A DNA stretch of 58,425 bases, from the NCBI GenBank assembly GCA_050331735.1, contig JBHJGN010000079.1, forward strand, positions 1 through 58,425, read 5' to 3'. The DNA is from Cyanophyceae cyanobacterium (GTDB lineage Bacteria > Cyanobacteriota > Cyanobacteriia > Cyanobacteriales > JBHJGN01). The notes beneath the pieces are model-generated. The model worked only from the letters and a program-made list of their open reading frames with translations, was not told the origin of the DNA and ran no database searches. Every line of letters begins with the position of its first letter. Positions within the stretch are counted from its first letter, which is position 1. The translations under genes were made by a program, and so were the position numbers. This document shows positions 37,965-48,612 of this stretch, in pieces.

Positions 37965-39293
37965 CTACATAGATGTTTTGAAATTCTCCTCAGCAAACAT
38001 TTTGAGAATCCGAGCAGAGGGATATGTGGACAAAGAAGCCACTCCATTTGCCAACTCTACAGGTAATAAGCCACCTTCATGTCGATAACTGAGGAGTTCT
38101 GGCAGAGTTGCAAATATGTTGGCAGCACCAATTAAATCTTCTAACTTTGGACTTTCAATGTATGGATTATCAAGATTTTTTCCAGTTGGGATGTTCAAGA
38201 TCATTTGATGATAAAAATCAAGTTTTACGAATACTTTGACTCCATAGTTTGTATCTCTACCGTATGGCATTTTTGGTTCAGGGCGATGATAAATTTCCTT
38301 GCTAATATAACGCCTATCAGGAATAAATAAACAACCAATTGGGGCATCTTTGCCAATCATTTGCAAGTGATCGTGAAATACACCTGTTTTTTCTTGTCCA
38401 ATCAAGTGAACTGGATAACCGCTATCTTTTGCATGGTATAGGAAACGACGGATTGGATTTACTAGCTTTGAGTATTGTGCGCGTATAGAAAGTGGACCAT
38501 CTTTCACGAAAAGGCATTTAGCTAGAGACTCTCTACGTTCCTGCCAGAAGTAGCGGATAGCTGTAAAAAGTAGGAGAGTTTCATGAACTGCCATATAAGA
38601 CATAGCTAAACTTTGGGGAGCAGAATCTTCTGCCATCTCTAGATGGAAGCCTAGCATATCGGTTAGTAGTAAATGCTTATCACAACTAGGGCAAGAACCT
38701 TCTTCTGAATCATAGGGTAGAGTTGCAACAGTTTCCTCACAATGAGGGCATCCAAAAAGAGGTAGTTCTCTAGGTTGTTTATCCCATTGCTCATAAGCTA
38801 ACCACTTGAGAGTTTTCAATGGTTCTCCCTCAAGAGACGGATCATTGATAGAGTCAAAGATGAGCTGCCGAATTGCATGATATGTAGAGATTTCTGGAAC
38901 CCCAATATTCTTCAAAGGAAAAACTGTGGCACGGTGAGAAGCTGAGTCTGCCATAATATCTCTGAGCGCAAAGGGATGTGGATTTTCACGATCCACCTTT
39001 GCTAATGCAGCACTATCAACCTTCAAAATAGCAGTTTTGACAAACGCAAGCTCTTTGTAAGGTTGTGTTTCAGATCGGATTGGTTGCATAGAACCGTCTA
39101 CACCAAAAACAATCTTAAGTGGTGTGCCTGTCGATGGAATTGACTCCCAAGCAACATTAGATAGCTCAATTGTAGACTCAGGATTTTCAAAGCTTTCACA
39201 GAGACGATTTACCAACTCGCTCTTCAAAACCTCTAAATGACCTAATCGATTTGCTCTTTCACCTGGCAACCTGTTCCCTGCTGGATATGGCAT
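37965..39293 (-). CDS. NurA-like nuclease with an inserted CxxC-CxxC zinc ribbon
   Basis: FGVDGS, HETLL, FVKDGPL, IGQEKTG and PVELAN..ASLS motifs; CPHC and CPSC. Confidence 0.75.
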   Translation of the reverse strand: MPYPAGNRLPGERANRLGHLEVLKSELVNRLCESFENPESTIELSNVAWESIPSTGTPLKIVFGVDGSMQPIRSETQPYKELAFVKTAILKVDSAALAKVDRENPHPFALRDIMADSASHRATVFPLKNIGVPEISTYHAIRQLIFDSINDPSLEGEPLKTLKWLAYEQWDKQPRELPLFGCPHCEETVATLPYDSEEGSCPSCDKHLLLTDMLGFHLEMAEDSAPQSLAMSYMAVHETLLLFTAIRYFWQERRESLAKCLFVKDGPLSIRAQYSKLVNPIRRFLYHAKDSGYPVHLIGQEKTGVFHDHLQMIGKDAPIGCLFIPDRRYISKEIYHRPEPKMPYGRDTNYGVKVFVKLDFYHQMILNIPTGKNLDNPYIESPKLEDLIGAANIFATLPELLSYRHEGGLLPVELANGVASLSTYPSARILKMFAEENFKTSM

Positions 39294-39295
39294 CT

Positions 39296-39376
39296 TTAAC
39301 TACTCCCATTCAAGGAAATATTAGATTCAGGATTTGGTGGCACAAACTTTCTTGCCTAGACTGATACTACAAATTT
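39296..39376 (-). pseudogene. Probable C-terminal remnant of a HerA-like ATPase
   Basis: Own translation KFVVSV*ARKFVPPNPESNISLNGSS*, ending 2 nt before the NurA ATG; resembles the HerA tail FVxPVQxxxF as I recall it. Confidence 0.4.
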
Positions 39377-39564
39377 CCATATCTCATAACCTTACACCGC
39401 CTCCAATTTTATGCAGCTTTAAGGGCAGGGTAAAGCAGTTTGAAAAACTGTAGCAGCCCACTGTGTAGCTCCAGCGGGTTTTATAGCTAATGACTGTAAA
39501 GAAACGACAGATATCTGCCCGACAAATAACCTTGCGGTTACTGCCCTCACCAGGAACTGAAGCA

Positions 39565-39650
39565 GACTAACGTTCCTGGTCAGCGGTTGCCGGAGACTTT
39601 TCAACTTCACAATCGGCTTCGGGCAATCCGCTGCATCAGGGTTGTTATGC
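39565..39650 (-). mobile_element. Integron-type attC site
   Basis: Minus strand GCATAAC (contains the stop of the upstream gene)...ATGCAGCGGATTGCC...GGCAACCGCTGAC...GTTAGTC. Confidence 0.75.
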
Positions 39651-40539
39651 TGCCGTGTTTATAAACCGCTTAACATGTTCTGAATACTCCCTTGGACGCT
39701 CAAGATCTGGGAAATGTCCACATCCCTGAAACTTAATAATTTCCGCCTTCGGTGCATGATCACGCAAAGATGTGAAGTCAGTATGCCTATGCGAACGGTC
39801 TCTATTTCCATAAATCAGCAAAGTAGGAGCCGAGATTTCATTGATTTCGCTGTCCTTTATGGGTCTTAAGCCTTGAACAAGACTAGCGAGGCAGAAACGA
39901 CCTCCTGCCTTTAAGGTTTGGTCTGCATATTCAACAAACTGAGACTTATGTTCACTGTTTTGGGGTAATGCTTTATTGTACCAACGTGACGATAATTTAC
40001 GAGAAAATCCAGCTACTATAGCTTGTCCAAGGTATGGAACGTGCAAAATTTTAGGAATTATCCTCTCATTCCACTGCCGCATAAACTCAAATGAAGGAGT
40101 TTGAGCTAACACTAAATGAGACACACGGTTAGGGTGGATTTTTGCAAAACCCAAGGCAAAAAATCCATTTGCACAAGTGAAAGATAAACTTGCATAACTA
40201 ATATCAAGTGAATCCATAACCTCAACTAAAATCTCAGTCGTTTGAGAAACGCTAAAGTCATATTTATAAGGATGGGTATGAAAACCCAAACCCTGGCAAG
40301 TCAAAGCAGACCACACGGAAGTCAGGAGACAACAAATCAATTAGGTCAGCATAATGTTCAATGACACAGGGGCCATCAGGAACAATAAGTAATGGATTTT
40401 TAGGCCCACCAGTATCTAAAACACGAAGTAAGCCTGCCTGGGTTGCTAATAACTTCATGTTCTCCGCTCGGAGGCTCTTTTCTTGCGTTTTTCTACCGCG
40501 AGTCGCCGCGATAATGCTATCGAGATTTGCGCCTTGCAC
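39645..40539 (-). pseudogene. Frameshifted alpha/beta hydrolase (gene cassette)
   Basis: The N-terminal frame ...FDLPGFGFSYPSL* and the C-terminal frame KYDFS...GHFPDLE join if one base near 40266 is removed. Confidence 0.8.
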
Positions 40540-41205
40540 ACACCCTCCTCACACCCATACTGAACGCTAATTTCACTCTAGTCGCCAAATCAGAGAACTT
40601 ATAACTACACCTCCAGCAAAACTTGAGGTGGCATAACTATTTAATCTATCGCACTCGTGCCATCTAAGTCCATTCTGTACGGTGTTATCCAGCAAACATG
40701 CAGTCTAACTCCGAAATTATATGCTTGATAAGCCATAGAAGCCGTCTAATCCTGCTTAGAACCTAGTTACCTCGCACTTGTCTTTACATCATTCACCCTA
40801 CTAGGCGATCGCGCTTGCCAAGTGACTGCTCTTCGCCATTCTTGTCTCAATCCCAATCCACACAGATTTTCGACAGTGTAGTTGAAACTCAAACCGCGAT
40901 CGCTCGCCTTGATCTGTGCTCAAGATCCACTCAAATTTTTCTAGAGCTGTAGAGATCGCCCTAGTCTGCTGACAAAGCGAGAAAATGACTCGTTGTTTTT
41001 GGAGTAACCCGATAGCCTAACTGTAGTTCTGATATGAAGCTAACAAAAGTGGAAAGCTGATTATCGTCCTGCTCATCATAGGCAACACGATCTTAACCGT
41101 TTAGCGTTGATTAGAATCGGGAAAATTATAGGCACGATATTTCCATCGTTCACAAATTTAAAGCATTTATGGTTAATATAGAAGTGAACTTATTATTTCT
41201 TAACA

Positions 41206-41535
41206 ATGAAGCGATTCCTTACTCCACTATTCATCGTGGCGGCAGTCCTGCTCGTCAATTTAGTCCTCCGAGCAAATTTGCCCTCCGGCAGTCTGGAAAA
41301 TCAACCCTACTTTATCAAAACTCTCCCCAGTAAGGATATTGTCGTAGTCGAGCCTAACTACGGCTGGTTATATGGCCATAGCCCAGAAGCTCTAGACCAA
41401 GAATACACCTCCGGGCGAGCTTTGTTTGATTCTCTCAACGAGATAGAACAAAACCATCTCATCAACAACGTAATGCTGACGACGACAGAACGGAAAGGTC
41501 AAATAATACCGAACCTCTACGTGTTTGTGCAGTAG
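41206..41535 (+). CDS. Hypothetical exported or membrane-anchored protein
   Basis: N-terminal hydrophobic segment; AT-rich upstream region. Confidence 0.6.
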   Translation: MKRFLTPLFIVAAVLLVNLVLRANLPSGSLENQPYFIKTLPSKDIVVVEPNYGWLYGHSPEALDQEYTSGRALFDSLNEIEQNHLINNVMLTTTERKGQIIPNLYVFVQ

Positions 41536-41765
41536 TTAGTTCATTACGAAAATTATCATTAGCGTTAATCTCAGACTGGGACTCCTGGTTGAGGATCTCC
41601 TGCAAAATCAAAGCTAGCTTAAGCGTTTGTTGCTCCTCGCCAGGAGTTACCGATGTTGATGCATATTCAAGCCGCAGAGGAGCGTCGGGATTGCGAACAG
41701 TTGTTTCAATCGTACCAACCGAGATTGTATATCCCCCTTCAACTCTCTGGGTCATCAGGATTGGC

Positions 41766-42503
41766 TCACTTGTGGGCAACAATATACATTCGTCGGCTGT
41801 CCAAGGTCAGTGGCTCACCGTCACTGCCGTAGCCGCCAACTTGACTGAAGCCAGCCTGCATGAGCCAGTCCCGCAGTTCAGTATAGGGAAAGAGGCGGAC
41901 GAAAAAGGATAAACGGCGCACTTGACCATCACGAATGACAATGCGCTCAGTTTCAACACAGCCTGTTATTAGGTTGTACTGGCTCAAATCGATTAGGTAG
42001 TTGTCGTCCCGTTCAGTGACCCAAGCCGATTGAAAGTTCTTCAAAACGCGATCGCGGTTCGGATGCTCAATCAAGAATTTGCCCCCCGGTTTTAAAGCTC
42101 GGTAGACTTCAGCCAGCACTCGTCGATTGTCCTTATCGTTAAAGTATCCGTAGGCTGTGAACCAGTTAACGATGCAGTCAAAGCGTTCTGTCCAGGGAAG
42201 CGATCGCATATCCCCTTCCACATATTCCACCTCAACGCCCATTTGCTCGGTATCCTGACGGGCTCGCTCTAGAAATAGCGGCGTTACATCAAGTCCTGTC
42301 ATCTCGCCGCCCCGCTGAGCGAGTCGATTGGTAATCCGTCCATGTCCGCAGGCCAAATCTAAAACGGACATTCCTCCTTCAAGAGCTAACAACTGCCAGA
42401 TTAACTCAACTTCTCGTTCGCTTCGTTCAGCCGTTAAATTAGGGTCATAAAAATAGAGGTAATCGTTGTCGAATAAACCTTCAAAGTCGAATGGGGCGCT
42501 CAT
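41766..42503 (-). CDS. Class I SAM-dependent methyltransferase
   Basis: VLDLACGHGR, GDMRSLP and ALKPGGKFLI motifs. Confidence 0.92.
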   Translation of the reverse strand: MSAPFDFEGLFDNDYLYFYDPNLTAERSEREVELIWQLLALEGGMSVLDLACGHGRITNRLAQRGGEMTGLDVTPLFLERARQDTEQMGVEVEYVEGDMRSLPWTERFDCIVNWFTAYGYFNDKDNRRVLAEVYRALKPGGKFLIEHPNRDRVLKNFQSAWVTERDDNYLIDLSQYNLITGCVETERIVIRDGQVRRLSFFVRLFPYTELRDWLMQAGFSQVGGYGSDGEPLTLDSRRMYIVAHK

Positions 42504-42713
42504 CTAATATAAGAGGTGAAGGGGCATTCTATCTGTACGGAATCAAGCTGACTCTTAGGCAGTCGTAGAGCGTACAATGTTCAGTTGGCGTATCGAAGCT
42601 GAATTAGACAAATAATACCCCTAAATAGTAAAGAGCCAGTATTGATGCTGACGCGGCTGACGCTTAAACTATTACCCGTTTGTAAGACGTTCACCTCCAC
42701 TGTGTTAAGAACC

Positions 42714-44816
42714 ATGACTCAATCAATTCGTTTTTTAATGTGTTCTCCCGACCACTACGACGTGGATTACGTAATTAATCCCTGGATGGAGGGGAACATT
42801 CACAAATCCTCCCGTGATCGCGCCGTTGAGCAGTGGCAAAAACTCTACTACCTCCTTAAAGACCAGGCGCTCGTCGAACTTGTAGAAGCCCAGCAGGGAG
42901 TGCCAGACATGGTTTTTACGGCCAATGCCGGGTTAGTTCTGGGCAAAAAGGCCGTGCTCAGCCGCTTCTTTCATCCAGAGCGCCAAGGAGAAGAACCCCA
43001 CTTCAAAAAATGGTTTGCCGACAACGGCTTTACCGTCTACGAACTCCCTAAAGATTTACCGTTTGAAGGAGCCGGGGATGCTCTGTTAGATCGAGAGGGG
43101 CGCTGGCTATGGGCTGGCTACGGCTTTCGCTCGGAACTAGATTCCCATGCCTACATTGCTAAGTGGCTCGATATCGAGGTCTTGTCCCTCAGACTGATAG
43201 ATGAGCGATTCTATCACCTCGATACCTGCTTCTGTCCGCTGCACGGCGGCTACTTGCTCTACTATCCTCCGGCTTTTGATGCCTACTCCAACCGCCTCAT
43301 TGAGCGGCGAGTGCCCGCCGAAAAGCGCATTGCTGCTGAGGAAACCGATGCCGTTAATTTTGCCTGCAATGCGGTCAATATTGATACGGCCATTGTGATG
43401 AATAAGGCGAGCGACAGCTTAAAGCAGCGTTTAGCAGCAGTCGGATTTGACGTGCTAGAAACTCCGCTTACAGAATTTCTCAAAGCGGGTGGGGCGGCAA
43501 AGTGCCTGACGCTGCGAGTTACGGAGCCGGTGCGCGAGGAAGTTCATGCCAATGTTCCCGTCGAGAGTCGCGTTTTACACCTAGAAGGGCATCTCCTCGA
43601 TGCCGGAATTATGAACCAAGCCTTGGATCTGATCGTCGAGCAAGGCGGTAGTTTCCAGGTGCTGAACTTTAACTTGGGAGAACAGCGGCAAAGCCAGTCG
43701 ATGGCAGATGTGAAAGTATCAGCTCCCGCCCACGGAACCTTAGAAGAGATCGTTAGCCAGTTAATTGGCTTAGGAGCCGTCGCCGTTCCCGAGGAGGCTC
43801 GTAATGCCCAGACTGAAGCAGTCGAAAAAGCAGGCGTTGCGCCTGACGATTTTTATGTCACCACTATCTATCCCACAGAAGTATTGCTCAATGGGGTTTG
43901 GGTGAAAGTGCAAAACCAGCGCATGGACGGAGCGATTGTCGTCAGCAATGCTTCCCAGGCGCGGTGCAAACTCCTCCGAGATCTAAACGTTGGCGAACAG
44001 GTCGTGGTGGGGGTGGAAGGCATTCGCACCGTCCGCAAACCTGCTGCTAGAGAGCAGCGAGCGAGCCAGGAATTTAGCTTTATGGGCGCTGGCGTTTCGA
44101 GCGAGCGACGGGTGGAGCTGGTGGTTGAACAAATTGCCTGGGAACTACGCCAAATTCGGGATCAGGGGGGTAAAGTCGCCGTGACGGCGGGTCCAGTGGT
44201 CGTACATACCGGGGGCGTTAGGCATCTCTCTCGGTTGATCCGTTCTGGCTATGTCCAGGCTCTCTTGGGCGGAAATGCGATCGCCGTTCACGATATCGAA
44301 CAGGCTCTCATGGGTACGTCTTTAGGAGTCGATATGCAGCGAGGCGTTCCGGTTCGCGGCGGACATCGACATCACCTCAAGGCCATCAACACCATTCGTC
44401 GCTGCGGCAGCATCGCTGGTGCGGTTGAGCAGGGCATCCTGACCGAAGGGATTATGTATGAATGCGTCACTCATCAGGTTCCGTTCGCGCTGGCGGGATC
44501 GATCCGCGATGACGGACCCCTGCCCGATACCGAAATGGATTTGATCAAGGCGCAGGCTGAGTACGCCCGACTGCTCGAGGGAGTAGATATGATTTTGATG
44601 CTCTCCACGATGCTGCACTCGATTGGGGTGGGCAACATGACCCCCGCCGGAGTCAAAATGGTGTGCGTCGATATTAACCCTGCCGTCGTTACCAAACTGA
44701 GCGATCGCGGTTCGGTGGAGTCGGTGGGGGTAGTTACCGATGTGGGTTTATTCCTCAGCTTGCTGGTGCAGCAGTTAGATAAGTTGACGAGTCCCTATCG
44801 GGTAGCTCGTACTTGA
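42714..44816 (+). CDS. argZ: Bifunctional arginine dihydrolase / ornithine cyclodeaminase (ArgZ/AgrE)
   Basis: Amidinotransferase motifs DMVFTAN, FEGAGD, FYHLDTCF and GGAAKC, then a LOR/SDH-like region with GSIRDDGPLP. Confidence 0.93.
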   Translation: MTQSIRFLMCSPDHYDVDYVINPWMEGNIHKSSRDRAVEQWQKLYYLLKDQALVELVEAQQGVPDMVFTANAGLVLGKKAVLSRFFHPERQGEEPHFKKWFADNGFTVYELPKDLPFEGAGDALLDREGRWLWAGYGFRSELDSHAYIAKWLDIEVLSLRLIDERFYHLDTCFCPLHGGYLLYYPPAFDAYSNRLIERRVPAEKRIAAEETDAVNFACNAVNIDTAIVMNKASDSLKQRLAAVGFDVLETPLTEFLKAGGAAKCLTLRVTEPVREEVHANVPVESRVLHLEGHLLDAGIMNQALDLIVEQGGSFQVLNFNLGEQRQSQSMADVKVSAPAHGTLEEIVSQLIGLGAVAVPEEARNAQTEAVEKAGVAPDDFYVTTIYPTEVLLNGVWVKVQNQRMDGAIVVSNASQARCKLLRDLNVGEQVVVGVEGIRTVRKPAAREQRASQEFSFMGAGVSSERRVELVVEQIAWELRQIRDQGGKVAVTAGPVVVHTGGVRHLSRLIRSGYVQALLGGNAIAVHDIEQALMGTSLGVDMQRGVPVRGGHRHHLKAINTIRRCGSIAGAVEQGILTEGIMYECVTHQVPFALAGSIRDDGPLPDTEMDLIKAQAEYARLLEGVDMILMLSTMLHSIGVGNMTPAGVKMVCVDINPAVVTKLSDRGSVESVGVVTDVGLFLSLLVQQLDKLTSPYRVART

Positions 44817-45063
44817 CGCTGACGCGTCCTTTGTCATTCGTCATTTGCTTCATTAATAGCTAATGACGAATGATCGTTTGCCCAGTACTTAGATTAAGGA
44901 GCAAAATTCTGCTTAAGGTAGGACGGCTAGAAATCTGTCCGCTAGCGCACCGATTCAACAAAACTTTATAGTTTCCGAGAAAGAAGACAGTAAATTGCCG
45001 GAAGAATGGGAACGAAAGAGTTATAATTCGCCTAAAATATTGCCGTCGCTTGTGGTGATAACT

Positions 45064-45534
45064 ATGTCTGTCGCTCCCCGTTACGTTCTAGATCAGCTCA
45101 ATACTGCTAAAGCCGTTCCGGCTGAAGTTAAGAATCTCCCCCAGAAAGAAGCTATCCTGCCTCTGTGGCTGAGATTTCTGCTCATGCTTCAGCAAAGTTC
45201 TTCTGTATTTGCTTGCTGCACCGTGATGTCGGCTCTCGCTGTTTATGGCTTGACGGTTTATACACCTCGACACTGGAATCAGCAATATCAAAAACTAACG
45301 GCCCTCCAGCGCCACGAACGCAACTTAACGGCCACCAACGAGACCCTGAAAAACGAATTAGCTCAGCAGGCAGAACGACCAGAAGCGGGTTTAGCAATTC
45401 CAAATCCCGAGCAGGTGATTTTTCTGCCCGCCACGCCACCCCCAGCCGACGACCGACACCAAACCAGGAGCGATCGCTCAGACGCTGGCTTGCCTACCCC
45501 CGCGACCGCACCAAACGCCCCTTTGGCGTACTGA
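45064..45534 (+). CDS. FtsL-like cell division protein
   Basis: Single TM helix plus coiled coil (YQKL..LQRHERNL..TNETLKN.LA), directly upstream of ftsI. Confidence 0.65.
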   Translation: MSVAPRYVLDQLNTAKAVPAEVKNLPQKEAILPLWLRFLLMLQQSSSVFACCTVMSALAVYGLTVYTPRHWNQQYQKLTALQRHERNLTATNETLKNELAQQAERPEAGLAIPNPEQVIFLPATPPPADDRHQTRSDRSDAGLPTPATAPNAPLAY

Positions 45535-45613
45535 AATTCCACTAGTCGTTACAACAACACCTCCATAGCCAAGAGCTGCACTTAAACCTTCTATCTACTA
45601 TCTCTGCTGACCC

Positions 45614-47464
45614 ATGGCTCCATCAAAGCTAACACCAACAAAGCCTCAATCCAGGGCCGAGCGACTCGGAAAAAGACCCGCGGCGCAAGCGGCATCTCGG
45701 GGCAGGCTTGCGTCTCAGGGGAATGCTGGCCACCCAACAAGAACGCAGGCAGGCACCAAAGCCAACCATCTATCCAAACTCAGACTAGTGCTCGTGTGGA
45801 GCCTATTGATAGCCGGAACTTTGGGTTTAGGGTGGCGGCTGTATCGTCTGCAAATTATGGAGGCAGCCGTTTTAGAACAACGAGCGCGTCAGCAGCAGGT
45901 GGCCTCTCTACGTCCGTACATTCCCCGCCGCTCAATTTTAGATAGCGAAGGCAATGTGCTCGCGACCGATCGCCTGGTGTATAGTCTGTTTATTCATCCC
46001 AAACTCTTTACGGCCTCAGCGGAGGTCATTACGGAGCAGTTAGCCCCGATTCTGGAGCGGTCTCCGCAAAAACTACAAGAGCAATTCAAACAAGGAGAAA
46101 GCGGTATCCGCGTTGCCTACGATTTATCAGAAGAAAGCGCTGACAAAATTAGGCAGCTCTCCTTTGACGGCGTGGAGCTAGTCGAGCACTACGCTCGGCT
46201 TTATCCTCAGCAAGAGATGTTTTCTGAGGTAGTGGGTTACGTAGATCGCGACCGCCGCGGACAAGCTGGCCTTGAGTACAGCCAGAAAAAATTGCTAGAG
46301 CGATCGCTGCTGTCTTTCGACATTCGCAAAGATGGCAAGGGTCGCATCGTTCCGGCCTATCTGCCAGAGGGGTTATTCGATTTTGACGGCTTGCAGCTTC
46401 AGCTCACTCTCAACCTTCGCCTGCAAAGAGCAGCACGCTCGGCTCTCAAGCAGCAAATGGAGCAGTACCGGGCCAAGCGGGGAGCCGCGATCGTGATGGA
46501 TGTCCGCGATGGCTCTCTGTTGGCTTTGGTGTGCGAACCGACCTACGATGCTAATCGGTACTTTGAACACGATGTTGAACTCTTTAAAACCTGGGCGGTC
46601 GCTGATTTATACGAGCCCGGTTCTACCTTTAAGCCGATTAATGTGGCGATCGCTCTGGAGGAAGAAGTCGTTAGTCCTAGTGCCATCTTCAACGATCCGG
46701 GCAAAATTCAAATCGATGGCTGGAACATTTTTAACCACGACTACCACTCCAAAGGGGGACACGGAGCGATTAGCATTGCGGAAATTCTTCAGCAGTCGAG
46801 CAACATCGGCATGATTCAGATTATGCAGCGACTGAATCGAGAGGTCTATTACCAGGCCCTCAAAGAATTAGGGCTGCCAGAAAAAACCGGGGCTGACCTA
46901 TTTGGCGATGCTCCAGGGCAGTTAAAGAGTCAAGACGAATTTACGGCCAAATCCATTGAGGCGGCCACCACCTCATTTGGTCAGGGCTTCTCGTTAACGC
47001 CTCTCAAGCTGGTGCAGCTTCACGGAGCGATCGCCAACGGCGGTAAGCTAGTAACGCCCCACGTCATTCAAGGACTCGTTGATGCGCAAAACGAATTGCA
47101 GTGGCAGCCCGATCTCCCCGTCAAGGAGGTATTTTCTTCCCAGACTAGTCAAACGGTGCTAAAGATGATGGAAACCGTCGTGGAAGAAGGCAGCGGTCAA
47201 GTTGCTGATATTCCCAATTACCGCACCGCTGGTAAAACGGGCACAGCCCAAAAGGCCAGCGGCGGAACCTACCACAGCAGCGCTAAAATCACTAGCTACG
47301 TCAGCATTCTGCCCGTGAACGACCCTCAGTACGTCGTGCTGGCGGTTATAGATGAACCCCAAGGAGGTAATACCTTTGGCTCTACCGTCGCCGCACCAGT
47401 CGTCAAATCCATTATGGAAGCCCTGATTTCTATTCAAGGAATTCCTCCCTCTCCTCCCCAGTAA
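45614..47464 (+). CDS. ftsI: Class B penicillin-binding protein (FtsI)
   Basis: EPGSTFK, SSN and GKTGTAQK motifs; N-terminal TM anchor. Confidence 0.9.
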   Translation: MAPSKLTPTKPQSRAERLGKRPAAQAASRGRLASQGNAGHPTRTQAGTKANHLSKLRLVLVWSLLIAGTLGLGWRLYRLQIMEAAVLEQRARQQQVASLRPYIPRRSILDSEGNVLATDRLVYSLFIHPKLFTASAEVITEQLAPILERSPQKLQEQFKQGESGIRVAYDLSEESADKIRQLSFDGVELVEHYARLYPQQEMFSEVVGYVDRDRRGQAGLEYSQKKLLERSLLSFDIRKDGKGRIVPAYLPEGLFDFDGLQLQLTLNLRLQRAARSALKQQMEQYRAKRGAAIVMDVRDGSLLALVCEPTYDANRYFEHDVELFKTWAVADLYEPGSTFKPINVAIALEEEVVSPSAIFNDPGKIQIDGWNIFNHDYHSKGGHGAISIAEILQQSSNIGMIQIMQRLNREVYYQALKELGLPEKTGADLFGDAPGQLKSQDEFTAKSIEAATTSFGQGFSLTPLKLVQLHGAIANGGKLVTPHVIQGLVDAQNELQWQPDLPVKEVFSSQTSQTVLKMMETVVEEGSGQVADIPNYRTAGKTGTAQKASGGTYHSSAKITSYVSILPVNDPQYVVLAVIDEPQGGNTFGSTVAAPVVKSIMEALISIQGIPPSPPQ

Positions 47465-47580
47465 AATCCATTCAGAATTCACCCGTGGGCTGCTTACGTC
47501 AGGAGGCAGCCTCCTGACTAAGCCCTCACAAAATTCAGAAGGATTCAGAAAACTCCATCAAGAAGCTTTCTCTGCTCAAG

Positions 47581-48234
47581 TTAACCGACAACCGACACCC
47601 ATTGCTGTAATTCCTCCCACCCTAAACCTCGCCGCACGACGACAGGAGTACTATTTGTGAGGTCTAAAATGGTTGAAACCTCAGTCCCTGATTCCGAACC
47701 ATCGTCAATAATGAGGTTTACTAGAGGCTCTAGTGCATCAAACAGTTTTGCCCGTTCTAAATTAATCGTCGGGAATTCTCCCTCTTCATTCGGTAGATGA
47801 GCGGAAGTAGAAATAATGGGGTTCCCCAAAGTCTGCAAGAGAGCTTGACAAACGGGAGAATCAGGAACGCGAATGCCAGTGGTTTTGCGCTTTGGGTCCA
47901 TGACGAGTTTCGGAACTAGTTTAGTGGCGGGCAGGAGAAACGTATAGGGACCAGGAATGAGGCGCTTCATGATTTTGTAGGCTTCGTCGGTCACCCGAGC
48001 GTACTCCGAGATGTTAGATAGAGAGGAGCAGAGAAAGGTTAAGGGCTTGTCATTAGCAAGCTGCTTGAGCAGTCTCACACGCTGTAGAGCCGATTTGGCG
48101 TTCAAATCGCAGCCAATAGCGTACACCGTATCAGTGGGATAGAGCATCACTGCTTCCTCTTTAAGAGCCTGAGTAATTTCTGCGACTCGACGAGTTTGGG
48201 GAGTTTGGGGATGGAGGGGATAGTAAATAGCCAT
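47581..48234 (-). CDS. Sua5/YciO/YrdC-family protein
   Basis: HPQTPQ.R, YPTDTVYAIGC, PGPYTF and IISTSA motifs. Confidence 0.92.
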   Translation of the reverse strand: MAIYYPLHPQTPQTRRVAEITQALKEEAVMLYPTDTVYAIGCDLNAKSALQRVRLLKQLANDKPLTFLCSSLSNISEYARVTDEAYKIMKRLIPGPYTFLLPATKLVPKLVMDPKRKTTGIRVPDSPVCQALLQTLGNPIISTSAHLPNEEGEFPTINLERAKLFDALEPLVNLIIDDGSESGTEVSTILDLTNSTPVVVRRGLGWEELQQWVSVVG

Positions 48235-48273
48235 ACTTGCTTTAGGTCGGTTGGGAAGCTCTACTAGGCGCGG

Positions 48274-48450
48274 GGGACGGGAAAATTGTCCTTGGCGGGA
48301 CGGGGAAGGGGGAAAGGGGAACGGGAAAATTGTCATTTGTCCTTTCAGGACGGGGAAAGAGCACAGGACTCAGGAAAAAACTGGGTAATTACTCCCTTTC
48401 CCCCTTTCCCTTTGCCCTTTCCCCGTGCCGTTGGCACTTCCCCCTTCCCC
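48274..48450. repeat. G-rich dispersed repeat units followed by a complementary C-rich tract
   Basis: GGAAAATTGTCC...GGACGGGGAA units, then TTTCCCC/TTCCCC runs. Confidence 0.6.
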
Positions 48451-48612
48451 TTGTCCCAGCGCCAACGGCGCTTCGCCTGTGGCGCTTTGCGGGACGCGAT
48501 TCGATACAATAGAGGCAGCCGCTTGAGCTGTATCTGTTAGGTAGGATAAACCAAGCTAAACTGTTTGAAGCAAAATTGTTGAGTCGGGGATTCTGAGGAG
48601 ATAGACGCACGC

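Noticed and set aside
37494..39358. Amber readthrough or recoding, suggested by two in-frame TAGs
   Set aside because: Many intact genes here end in TAG, and the neighbouring cassette gene is frameshifted; ordinary decay explains both.
40545..40554. Yfr1 sRNA (CTCCTCACAC motif)
   Set aside because: It is the reverse complement of the hydrolase Shine-Dalgarno region and lacks flanking Yfr1 hairpins; a 10-nt match that includes GAGGAG is weak.
40660..41200. Integron integrase remnant next to the cassette array
   Set aside because: The minus-strand frames I translated gave only stop-interrupted peptides without tyrosine-recombinase motifs, and the ORF track lists no ORF here.
41462..41782. 106-aa minus-strand ORF
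   Set aside because: It overlaps both neighbours and has no recognisable domain; it may be a fragment but cannot be supported.
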